Source of the DNA: Antechinus flavipes
Lineage: Eukaryota
Assembly: GCF_016432865.1 (NCBI RefSeq)
Contig: NC_067403.1
Span: forward strand, 250,666,001 to 250,730,000
DNA length: 64,000 bases
Reading direction: 5' to 3'
The position numbers and the translations under genes are program-made. The notes below the pieces were generated by a model, which saw only the letters and a program-made list of their open reading frames with translations, was not told the DNA's origin and made no database searches. Shown piece by piece: positions 10,522 through 21,338 of this stretch. Positions within the stretch are counted from its first letter, which is position 1; every line of letters begins with the position of its first letter.

Positions 10522-12774
10522 AGAATCAGAGAATTCATAGAAACCAAGGGCATGATGATGTTTACCTTGAATAGTCTGGTAATTTCACAACACCTTCTCC
10601 CTAAGACACTGGCCAATATATTTCACATTATTGTTCTATAATATAAGAATCACCAAAAATCTTCACAATACCTGCAGGTTCAGAGAGTTAGATTTTGAGG
10701 ACATAGTTTTGAGTCTGCAGATAAGAATGGAATGAATTGGTGAGGAAAGAGATAGTCTCCAGATTATTTTTAGAAATGTTTAGAGGGTTGAGAACCCAAT
10801 GGACAATAACAACATATACTGAAAATGATGCACATCAGAAAAAATAACTCAGGTATTATCATTTTTATGTTGGTTATAATTATTTTTCTTTGTAACTGGT
10901 AGGTTGTTTAGGTACTTCATGTGTGAAGTCAAAATCATGGGAATGATTTCTCAGTAATTCTTTTTTTTCTAAGAGAGAGTTTCTGAAAGATAGTCCACAC
11001 ATCATGGTGTGGACAGCATGGTAGGTTGGAATTAAGTAAGACTTTAGTCTGAGTTCTGCTTCTGGTTCTTTTGTCATTTTTATTTCCTTCTGAGAGTATG
11101 TCCAGTTGTTTCTGTCTATATCATTAGGACATTCTTACTTACTTGCTTTTCTCTCCCAATTGACAGTAAGTTTATGGAGGTCAGGGCTCTTGGCCTTTCT
11201 TGGAAACTCCAGTGCTAACCACATTGTCTGGCATGGAGTAGGCACTTAATAAGTGCTTGTTAACTTACTGTAACTTGACTATTCACAAGGCTGAGCGTCT
11301 GTGAGCCTCCTTATATAGAGGGAACATGTGCATAATAATATCTTTGTAGCTCACAGAATCATGTTGAAGCTCATCAAAGATAATATGTAACATATGTTGT
11401 GAATATCAAAAATTTATGGAAACATGAGTCAAACGTATGTTTTTGCTCTATGATGATAGAGCTCAGTTCTATCTTTCATTAAATGCAAAATTTTAATGCT
11501 GATCACAAGGAGTGCAGAGCAAGAAGGACAATTCCTTGCTGTGTTTTTTTTATTTGTAGCTTATCCTTTATGATGAAACACTTCAAAAATTACTGAAGGA
11601 CATGGGAACTCTGTGTCAATTCTAACTTCCTTTCTGTTTCCTCTATCCCCTCATCTTTAATTTAATCTTTGTTAAAGAAAAGATAATTTGGATTTTGAAT
11701 AAATTCATTGGAGGGAGTGCTGAATTTGGAAGCAGAAAACAATTATTTAACCCTGGCTTTATGATTTATAAACTGGGGAAGTTAAGAGTCAATCACAATA
11801 TAAAAATAAATAAATCCATATATCTAGTTCTATGTCTATTTCTCTTAATCTCTATCCTCTCTATCAGACTCCCATGTGTTGTCTATTTTCATTAGTAAAC
11901 AGATTCTCTCCATCAGGTGCCTTTAGAAATAAAATCAACAAGTCATTACTAATACCTTTTCAAAGTAAATTAGTTCATCTTCATAAATGCTGACCTGGGG
12001 AAATAGATTTCCTTTTACACAATAAGAATATCATGCAGAGATTATAGTAATCATAAATGTTGGCTCTGGTAGGGACAGTGCAGATTATATTGTCAAACCT
12101 GCCTATTTTCTAGATGCTTGGCTTGAAGCTAAGAGTGAAAGACATAACTCCAACACTCAAATTCTTTGGAGGAGGTCAAATTGACTCTAAAAAGCAGATC
12201 TCTTGAATTTCCAGTTCCATATTCTGATCATTGAACTAGACAGAAGACATGTGCTAGCTTCTGCCTAGGTTTATTTTAAATAGGGAAAAGATGCCCTAAG
12301 GTATGTAAAACCTTACCTACCTTATTACAGAAAAAATTCAAAATGAGGATAAATGAGAAATTTAAGCAGCTAGGTATTTTTCACCTGATGAACAAAACTC
12401 CTGCTGAAGATGACCATTCAAGTTTGGGAGTAGAAAGGGGACATCTGTTTTTTTGTTGTTTTTTTTTGTTTTTGTTTTTCCCAGAAAGCCCATTTCTTAA
12501 TGTGGACTATCTTAGCAAGAAAGAAGACATACATCTGAGCAGTAAAGTGGTGACTAATGCTTCCTTGTAAACTCAGAATCAGAGCTCTTGAAATGCCTGT
12601 CAAGTGCATAAAAGGCTGGACTACAGAGATAACATTAACAAAGGAAAGAAGCCAATAAATATATGAGGCTCATTTTGAAAGAGATGACATTTCTTTTCTG
12701 TGAAATTCTCTTTAATTTAAGCCTATGATACAAATCTTAAACAATATATGTTAACTATTTCAATTAGGGGGATT

Positions 12775-13025
12775 GAGTGAGCAGGTGGAGAGCACTATAG
12801 AGTGCTTAGACTGAAATCAGGAAGACTCAATTTCATGGATTCAAATCTGACCTCACATACTTAATAGTAGTGTGATCCTGAGCAAGTCACTTAACCCCAT
12901 TTGCCTTATTTCCTTATCTGTTAACTGAGTTACAGGGGATAATGATAAACCACTCCAGTATTTTTGCCTCCAAAAACCCAAATGAGATCATAGAGAGTTG
13001 GAAACAATTGAAAAATGACTTAATA
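12775..13025 (+). mobile_element. Mar1-type marsupial CORE-SINE (paralog at about 22750-22995)
   Basis: CORE sequence (ggttcaaatc...tgtgatcctgagcaagtcacttaacc) with RTE/BovB-like tail aaaccactccagtatttttgcc...aaaaatgact. Confidence 0.8.
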
Positions 13026-13839
13026 TCAACATAGCTATTTGTATTTAGATTTTTCTTTATGAGGGAAACTAAATTTACAGTCATAATAATTGTATTTAAA
13101 GGCTGAGTTTACTATTAATTGTCTTAGTTACTTTGTACAAAAATACTGAATCAATTTGGGCCTCACTTTGCCATCCTGCGAAACAATATTACCAATAATA
13201 TTAACTTAATTGTATAGAAAGTGTGAGTGCTTTGAAACCAATTTTGTGAATACAACTCTATGGAATATGAATTAAAATGATAATCTTTCCCTCATCTTCA
13301 TTTCCCTGTCTCTCTCTTTTTTCCTTCTCCCACTCCCTGTGCTCTCTCCCTCCTCTCCATCTCTTTCTCTTTGTCTCTCTCAAATTAAGATTTATAGATA
13401 TAGATACATAGATAAATGTATAGGTGTAGAAGTATATATGCATATTTATATATGGAAAAAGCTATACAAATAGATGTATGTACACAAATAGATCTATTTA
13501 TATAAGTATGTGTTCAACACATATTTGTGTATGCACATATGCACAAAATTCATTTCTAGGTTTGATGATAATGTTCTATTATCTTTGTTGGGATTTATTT
13601 TCCTAATGTTTATCACTTTCTACTTCTTCTGATCATTTTGCAGAGCCAAATATTTAAAACTCTGTTCCAGAGCTATTGGAATTAGCTTCATTGTTTCTAC
13701 TGTCAGTTTTGCCATCAGCTGTTTTTTATTTTAAAATTCAGTTTGTTCAGGTTCAGACAGAATAGCTTCCAAGTTCTATCTAAGTAAGTATTTTTATTCT
13801 TTCTTTTTTAAAACACTTTGTCCACTTCTGACAAAATTT

Positions 13840-13853
13840 TGATTTATTTTCAG
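13840..13853 (+). promoter_or_regulatory. Probable 3' splice acceptor of the OR1 coding exon (equivalents: AG at 23805-23806 and 39009-39010)
   Basis: Pyrimidine-rich tttattttcag 23 nt before the ATG, conserved in OR2. ORs usually have non-coding 5' exons. Confidence 0.6.
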
Positions 13854-13876
13854 TTAAATTACAGCACAGCAGCAGG

Positions 13877-14896
13877 ATGGGCAACTTCTCAGTCATCACA
13901 GAGTTCCTCCTCATGGAATTTTCCAGCACACGGGAGCTGCAGGTCTTACACGCTGTGCTATTCCTGCTGATTTACCTGGCAGCCCTCCTGGGGAATCTTC
14001 TCACCTGTGCTGCAATTATCACTGACCCACACCTTCACTGTCCTATGTATTTTTTCCTGAGTAACTTATCACTGCTGGATATTGGGACCATCTCCGTCAC
14101 GCTTCCTAAATTCATTGTGAATTCCTTGTGTGGCGTTCAGTCCCTGTCCCTCCTGGGATGTGCTGCACAAATTTTCTTCTTTCTCTTTTTTGGAACAACA
14201 GAGTTTGCTTTGCTTGTGGCCATGTCCTATGACCGCTTTGTGGCCATCTGCCAGCCCCTCCACTATAGCATCATCATGACTCCAGCACGTTGTCTCTGGG
14301 CAGCAGGTGGTTCGTGGCTCAGTGGGCTTCTTTATTCAGCTGTACACACAGGGAACATGTTCCGCCTGCCCTTCTCAGGATCCAATGTGATCCACCAGTT
14401 TTTCTGTGATATTCCTCATGTCTTGAAAGTCTCAGCCTCTGATGTGTTTAATACTGAGTTTCTATTAATTGTGGCAAGTTCGTGTCTTTTGCTTTTCTGC
14501 TTTGCCTTTTTAATTGCATCCTATACTCGCATCTTCTCCAGTGTGCTCAAGATTCCTTCTGTGGAAGGACGCTACAAGGCCATTTCAACCTGCTCCCCTC
14601 AATTGGTGATTCTCATGTTATTTCTCATTTCTGCAATGATTGCAGTCCTCAGGAACATATCAGACACATCACCTATCCAAAACCTTTTAATTGCAATGGC
14701 TTATACAACATTACCTCCCCTGCTGAACCCTCTCATCTATAGCCTGAGGAACCAGAAGGTCACAGCTGCCATGGGTAAGATGATCAAGAGGATATTTTTT
14801 CCAGAAAAAGAAATGTTATTCCATGAAAACATAAAAACATTGAAGAATACGTATTTGGCATGTAAAATGTGTAAGGTAACACATGAAGTAGCCTGA
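13877..14896 (+). CDS. Olfactory receptor, class II, OR14-like (OR1, 339 aa)
   Basis: Intact 7TM ORF with NFS sequon, GN, LHCPMYFFLSNLS, MSYDRFVAICQPLHY, HQFFCDIP, KAISTC and PPLLNPLIYSLRN. Confidence 0.96.
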   Translation: MGNFSVITEFLLMEFSSTRELQVLHAVLFLLIYLAALLGNLLTCAAIITDPHLHCPMYFFLSNLSLLDIGTISVTLPKFIVNSLCGVQSLSLLGCAAQIFFFLFFGTTEFALLVAMSYDRFVAICQPLHYSIIMTPARCLWAAGGSWLSGLLYSAVHTGNMFRLPFSGSNVIHQFFCDIPHVLKVSASDVFNTEFLLIVASSCLLLFCFAFLIASYTRIFSSVLKIPSVEGRYKAISTCSPQLVILMLFLISAMIAVLRNISDTSPIQNLLIAMAYTTLPPLLNPLIYSLRNQKVTAAMGKMIKRIFFPEKEMLFHENIKTLKNTYLACKMCKVTHEVA

Positions 14897-16384
14897 AACA
14901 GGGAGAAATGGCACCAAAAATAATAGGACTCAGGAAAACAGCTTTCTAAATGAAATGTTACATGGTATGGAGTGAATCCATTACTAACGTTTCTATAAAA
15001 TAGACCCCCATCTCTTCAAGTGGTTGCTGTCTATAGTGGAATTATCATGATACCAGTCCATTGCCTTTAGGCAACTGTGCCATTAAAAGAGTAGATGGAA
15101 CATCTACTATAGGTGAATATTGGTAAATAAGCTTAACCAAAAGCAGCTATCTTTTGTGCTGTTTCCCTCCCTTCTCTTTCACACATTTCTTGCCTCCTCA
15201 TTGTCATATTTATGATGGTCATGTCTTTCTCCTTCTTTGCATGTTTGAAGATCTATTCATCCTTTCAATATATATTTAATAGTTGCAAATATATACAGAT
15301 ATACATACATTTATACACACATTCAAATATGTACATAGGAATTCCCGGGGAGTTAAAATCTTTGTTTTTCAGTTGTCTCAATTGCAAATTGGAGGGAGAG
15401 GGACTGCTACAGTCCTTCCACCTGTATTTTAATATTATGATTTTCCACAAAATCTTTTCTCATCCCTCAAGCTGCAAGTCATCTTTCATTACCCCAAATT
15501 TTCTACATTATCTTTTTTTTTTTTGCATTTTTTTTACATCTAGAAGCACAAATGCTTTTCTCTCTTAGTGGATTCTCTGTTATCTTATCAGTAGCACATA
15601 GTTAAGTCAATAGGTACAAATAATGGCTCTCTTGAAGTGATCATGTATTTTTCATCTGGCATAATTTGATCTTGCAATTGTAAAAATATACAAATTGATT
15701 CTAGTTCAAGGGAAATATCTAGTTTGAATTTAAATTATCAATCACTTAGAATGGCTTTCCATTTTTTTCTCCAGCTTATTTTGGAGATGAGGAAACTGAG
15801 GTAAGCAGGGTTAAATGATTTTTTTTATGTTCATACAGCTGCTAAGTGTCTGAGGACAGATTTGAATGTAAAAAGATGAAGTGTTTTTATTTGAAGGTCA
15901 CATATCCTATACACTGCACCACCCCAAAGCTCCAAATTTACTGAAACTGAATTCTGGATCATTGTAAGGATTGCATTTTTTTTTTAAAAAGAAAGGTAGA
16001 AAAATGCATTTTGCCTTTTATTTTTAAGAAGTAGAGGATTATGGATATAGAATATATTTTCAGATACAACTGGTTTGCTCCTTAGTTTGGTTAAACTATG
16101 CTTTTTTTCCCCCCATGCTCTTTCATTTTTAATCATTCTTTGTAACAGAAAGGCAATGTGGTGAAGTATAAAAGAATTGCCATGGAAGCTAGAAAGACCT
16201 GAAATGAAATTTTGCCTCTGACTCTTATTGGTCATATGACCTTGATTGCGTTAGAAAACACCTTAAATATACAAGTTGCAAAGAAGCTGTGGCCTTGCAT
16301 TAGCAGAGGGACTTTCTTCAGCTTAGAGTTCTCTATCTCAATAAAGTTGTAGACTCTTTCCTTATCCCTATCACTACAAGGGAA

Positions 16385-16630
16385 TTGTTGTTGTTTAATT
16401 GTCATACTTTTTGTGGCCTTAGTTAGGGATGTCTTGGCAAAAATACTGGAGTGATATGCCATTTCCTTTAGCACTAATTCTTCAGATGAGGAAACTGAGT
16501 TAAATACAATTAAATGACTTTTTCAGATTCACAGAGAGAGTAAATGTATGGGTCCAGATTTGAACTAAGGAATATTAGACTGCTTGACTCCAGGCCCAGC
16601 ACTATATCTCCCATACTACCTAGCTTCCCT
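16385..16630 (-). mobile_element. Mar1-type CORE-SINE
   Basis: Reverse-strand tail (cttggcaaaaatactggagtg...gccatttcctt) and core (gatgaggaaactgag, gatttgaac, tgactccaggcccagcact). Confidence 0.8.
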
Positions 16631-16809
16631 GGCACATAGCTTTTAGGAAGGCAAGATGATGTATTTGTAAATGGAAAATTCATATTTGTCATTTTTTTTA
16701 ATGGCAAATTGTGTATTTGTAGAAATGACAACTTTAGCTTACTTTGTTTTTGTTCAGTCATTTGTAGTAGTGTCTTACAAAAATTTTCTAAATAACTATT
16801 GATTAGAGA

Positions 16810-17690
16810 AAAATGATTTAAAACCCAATTCCATTCATGTTTATCAGGCTAACTAATATAAGAGAAAAGCAAAATAACAAACGCTGGAAGGGAAGTGGAA
16901 AAATAGAGACACTAATGCACCACTGGTTGAACTGTGAACTGCTCCACCAATAGTAGAAAACAATTAGAGTTATGTTTAAGGATCTATACAAGAGCATGAC
17001 CACTTCTAGTTCTACATGACAAAAAAAAAAAATCAAAGGAAATGTAAAGAACTGAATTGTACAAAAATATTCATAGCAGCTTTCTTTCAATGATGAAGAA
17101 TTAGACATTGATGGAATGCCCATTATTGGTTAATGGCTGAATGTGAACAAGTGCTCAAAGAAATCATTAAGATAATTTTAGGAAGATGGAAGTGGATTCT
17201 TTGACAAAGAAAAGATCTAACTCAGTTTCAATTGATTAACGATGGACAGAAGCAGCTACACCCAAAAAAAGAATACTGGGAAATGAATGTAAACTGTTTT
17301 CATTTTGGTGTTTCTTCCTGGGTTATTTTTACCTTCTGAATCCAATTCTTCCTGTGCAACAAGAGAACTGTTCAGTTCTGCACACATATATTGTATCTAG
17401 GATATATTGTGACATATCTAACATGTATAGGACTGCTTGCCAGGGAGGGGGTGGAGGGAGGGGAAAAGTCAGAACAGAAGTGAGTGCAAGGGATAATGTT
17501 GTAAAAAAAAATTACCCAGGCATGGGCTCTGTCAATAAAAAGCTATAATTATTAAGAAAAAGAAAAAGAAAAAAAAAAGAAAAAAAAGATAATTTCAGGA
17601 AAAACGAAAAGAGACATACAAAATAATTCAAAGGGAATGGAAGGTAATCAGGAAAACAGGTATTTAAAATATTTTCATATTATGTTATTT
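16810..17690 (+). mobile_element. Old L1 3' fragment containing a nested young L1 3' end at 17184-17585
   Basis: The nested piece matches 3429-3723 and ends in poly-A. TSD aagataattttagga (17169-17183) / aagataatttcagga (17586-17600), one mismatch. Confidence 0.85.
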
Positions 17691-17699
17691 ATTTTTAAC

Positions 17700-18220
17700 A
17701 TTTAAATATTGAATTCTAAATTCTCTTCCCACTTCTTCAGTGGTGATTTAGAAAGCAAGCAACATGATATAAGTTATATGTGAAATGATGTAAGACATGT
17801 ATATAGCTTGGCTTTCAAAATTTATCACTTCTTTCTTTGGAAGTAGATAACATGTTTCATCAGGAATCCTTTGAAATTTTCTTAAATCATTGTATTGATG
17901 AGAATAACTAAGTCTATCATAGTTATAATGGCATTATTGATGATACTATGTAAAATCACATCCTGGTTCTGCTCACTTCACTTTTCAGTTCATATATGTC
18001 TTTCAATGTTTTTCTGAAAGAATTCCCTTCATCATTTATCATAACACAATAGTTCTCCATCACAATTATATACCACAGTTTGTTCAGTCATTACTCAATT
18101 AATGAGAATTCCCCAAGTTTCCAATTGTTTGCCATGACATAAAGACCTTCTATAAATATTTTTATATGCATAAATCCTTTACCTTTTCTTTGATCAATTT
18201 GAGATAGAGATCCAAAAATA
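17700..18220 (-). mobile_element. Old L1 3' region, antisense
   Basis: Antisense L1 3' features (ataccacagtttgttcagtcattactcaatt, gccatgacataaagacc). Confidence 0.65.
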
Positions 18221-18784
18221 TGTAATGTAAAATAATAAAATTTTAAAAAGTGAATTGTGAATAATGAATAGATTAGTTTAATTTTTTTTTAAAAAGCAAC
18301 TCATCTTAACCATAGAAAGAACTGATTGTATCTGAATAGAGACTGAAGCACACATTATTTTCAACTTTTTGATCACTTTTATGATAATGTTTTACATAAC
18401 TTCATATGGATCTTCTCAATGGGATGAATGTGGGGAGGAAAGGGAGAATCTGGACCCAAAATTTTAAAATCAAATATAAAAAAAAATTTACATGTAATTG
18501 AGGAAAATAAAAATATTAAAAAACAACTATTGTGAAATCACATGATCTTGTAAAATTGAATAAATCATAAAACTCATATCTTAATTATTAGTCTCTGTTC
18601 TTCTCATTGGACCTCCTGACTGGAAGACAAAGCCATAACCTCCAAGTCCTTCATTTAATATGGGAGAACAACACAGTCTTCTCCTATCTATAGCATATAG
18701 TAGACATTCAATTTATTGACTATTAACTAAGATCTGAGAGACTTCCAATAGTCTCAATTCATGGACTGAGAAATACATTTTCTC

Positions 18785-19490
18785 AAAAATATTTTATTTT
18801 TGCAAATACATGTAAATCTATCCATTTATTTCTCTGTTATCTCTCTCTCTCTCTCTATTTTTCTCCATAATGTTTTTCTATATTCATATATCTAGTCCTA
18901 TATTTATTTCTCTCAATCTCCATCCTATCTAGTTTTCAACATTCTTTTTCTAAGATTTTGTGTTCCAGTTTTTTCTTCCTTTCTTATTTTCCTTTTCCCT
19001 AAGACAGCAAGCAATCTGATAGAAGTTAAACATATACAATCCTTTTAAACATATTTCAATATTTGTCATGTTGTGAAAGAAAAATCAGACCAAAAGGAAA
19101 AAGCCATGAGAAATAAAAAGCAAATAGAAAGATGAAACATTTTTATTTTTATTCACATTCAGTTCCCATAGTTTTCTCTCTAGATATGGCATTTTCTATC
19201 CCAAATCAATTGTAATTATCTTGGAGAAGAGTTGATCTTCAAATAATGTTGTCATTAATGATGTACAATGTTCTTCTGGTTCTGATAATTCCACTAAGTA
19301 TTAGTACATATAAGTCTTTCGAACTTTTTCTGAAATAAACTGCTTTTCATTTCTTATAGAAAAATAATATTCCATTGCATTCATATATCATAACTTATTC
19401 AGCCATTATCCAATGAGGCTTACCCAGTAAATTTCCAATTCCTTGCAACTACAAAAAGAGCTGCTGCAAACATTTTACTGACTTATAGTT
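18785..19490 (-). mobile_element. L1 3' end, antisense, interrupted by a templated insertion at about 18817-18929
   Basis: tttatttttgcaaatacatg...tagttttcaacattc...gattttgtgttcc, ataacttattcagccatt, aaaagagctgc. Its distal part is shared with duplication unit 1 (10330-10430). Confidence 0.82.
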
Positions 19491-19549
19491 AATGAGATTA
19501 AGGGAGAAAAGTTTTCACTGTGTTGTTTATGAAAAAGACTGTGCCGTAT

Positions 19550-19567
19550 CTAATTATTCTCAAGGGA
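19550..19567 (+). promoter_or_regulatory. Homeodomain + O/E composite motif upstream of OR2
   Basis: ctaattattctcaaggga, identical to 10504-10521. Confidence 0.7.
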
Positions 19568-21307
19568 CGGGTCAGAGAATCCATAGAAACCAAAGGCATG
19601 ATGATATTTACCTTGAATACTCTGGTGATTTCTTAACACCATCACCAAAAACATTGGACAATATATTTCACATAATTCTATGACATAAGAATCACTAAAA
19701 ATCTTTACAATGCTTGCAGATTAACAGGTTTAGATTTTGAATATCTTGACATACTTTTGAGTCTTCTGATTAGAATGGAATGAATTGGTGAGGAAAGAGA
19801 TAGTCTTCAGATTATTTTTAGAAACTTTTAGAGGATTGAGAACCCAATGGACAATGACAACATATACTGAAAATGATGCACATCAGAAAAAATAACTCAG
19901 GTATTGCCATTTTTATATTGGTTATGATTATTTTTCTTTGTGACTGGTAGGTTATTCAGGTATTTCATGTTTGTGAAAATCATGGGAATGATTTCTCAGT
20001 GATTCTTTTTTTTTTTCTGAGAGATGTCCACACCATGATGTGGACAGCATGGTAGGTTGGAATTAAGCAAGACTTTAGTCTGAGTTCTGCTTCTGAATCT
20101 TTTGCAATTTTGATTTCCTTCTGAGAGTATGTCCAATTATTTTTGTCTATATCATTAGGACATTCTTACTTGCTTGCTTTTCTCTCACAATTGACAGTAA
20201 GTTGTGGAGGGCAGGGCTCTTGGCCTTTCTTGGAAACTCCAGTGCTAACCACATTGTCTGGCACAAACTAAGCACTTAATAAGTATTTCTTAACTTACTG
20301 TAACATGACTATTCATAAGCCTCAGCCTCTCTGAGCCCCCTTAACCTAGTTGTAACATGTAGATAGTATTATCTTTGTAGCTCACAGAGTCATGCTGAGA
20401 CTTATCAGAGATGATATATGTAACATATCTTGAGAATATCAAAAAATCTTATGGAAATGTGTCAAAATTATGTTTTTGCTCTATGATAATAGACCTCAGT
20501 TCTACCTTTAATTGCAAAGTTTTAAAGCTGATCATAAGGAATGCTAGGTAAGAGGGACAATTCCTTGCTGTATTTTTGTTTATCTGTAGCTTAATCTTTA
20601 TGATGGAGCACTTCAAAAATTACTGAAGGACATGGGAGGTAAGTGTCAGTTCTGACTTCACATCTATTTCATCCCCTCATCTTTAACTTAATTTTTGTTG
20701 CAGAAAAGATGGGTTGAACTTTTGAATAAATTTACTGGAGGGAGTGCTGAATATGGAAGCAGAAGACAATTATTTAAACCTGGCTTTGTGATTTACAAAC
20801 TGGAGAACTTAAAGAGTCAATCACTGAATGTCTCTGTTATTCCTTTGTAAATAAAGTACTTGCATATGTGAGTTTAAGCTTCCTTCCAATTTTGAATTTC
20901 TGTTCCTATGGTCATATTTGAAAGAAATATTTAAATAAGAGGATGGACTTAACTGAGGATCTCAGGAATTCCCCAGCTCTTTTCAAAGATAGAAGGTCTT
21001 CAATAATTGCTTCAGGTAAAAACCATATTTCATTGCCTTGATGGACATGCTAGAATTTCTAACTTTTGAATGGAAAATGGACAATTAAATTGCACGAAAT
21101 AAAATAAATATTACTCATTTCTCAATGAAAATTAAAATTTATAGATGTTCATATGACCTGAAACATTCTACATTTGTGCTTTATCATGTTATTCTTAAGA
21201 ATTCTAGGGCTGTAGCTTTTGTTACACTTTTAGTTATAGTGAGGAAAAGAAAAGCCTGAAGCACAACAATATGTATTTTGGTTATGTATTGATGAGAGTG
21301 TGTTTGA

Positions 21308-21338
<31 letters not shown>

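Larger units (their letters stand above)
10330..15700 (+). repeat. Segmental duplication unit carrying OR1 (paralog of 19370-25370)
   Basis: Collinear similarity throughout, including shared L2 tail and Mar1 SINE. Unit 1 lacks about 1 kb present at 20826-21840 in unit 2. Confidence 0.92.

Noticed and set aside
21309-21335. (TG)n and other microsatellites (also about 27757, 35340, 36737, 56830)
   Set aside because: Ordinary simple repeats.
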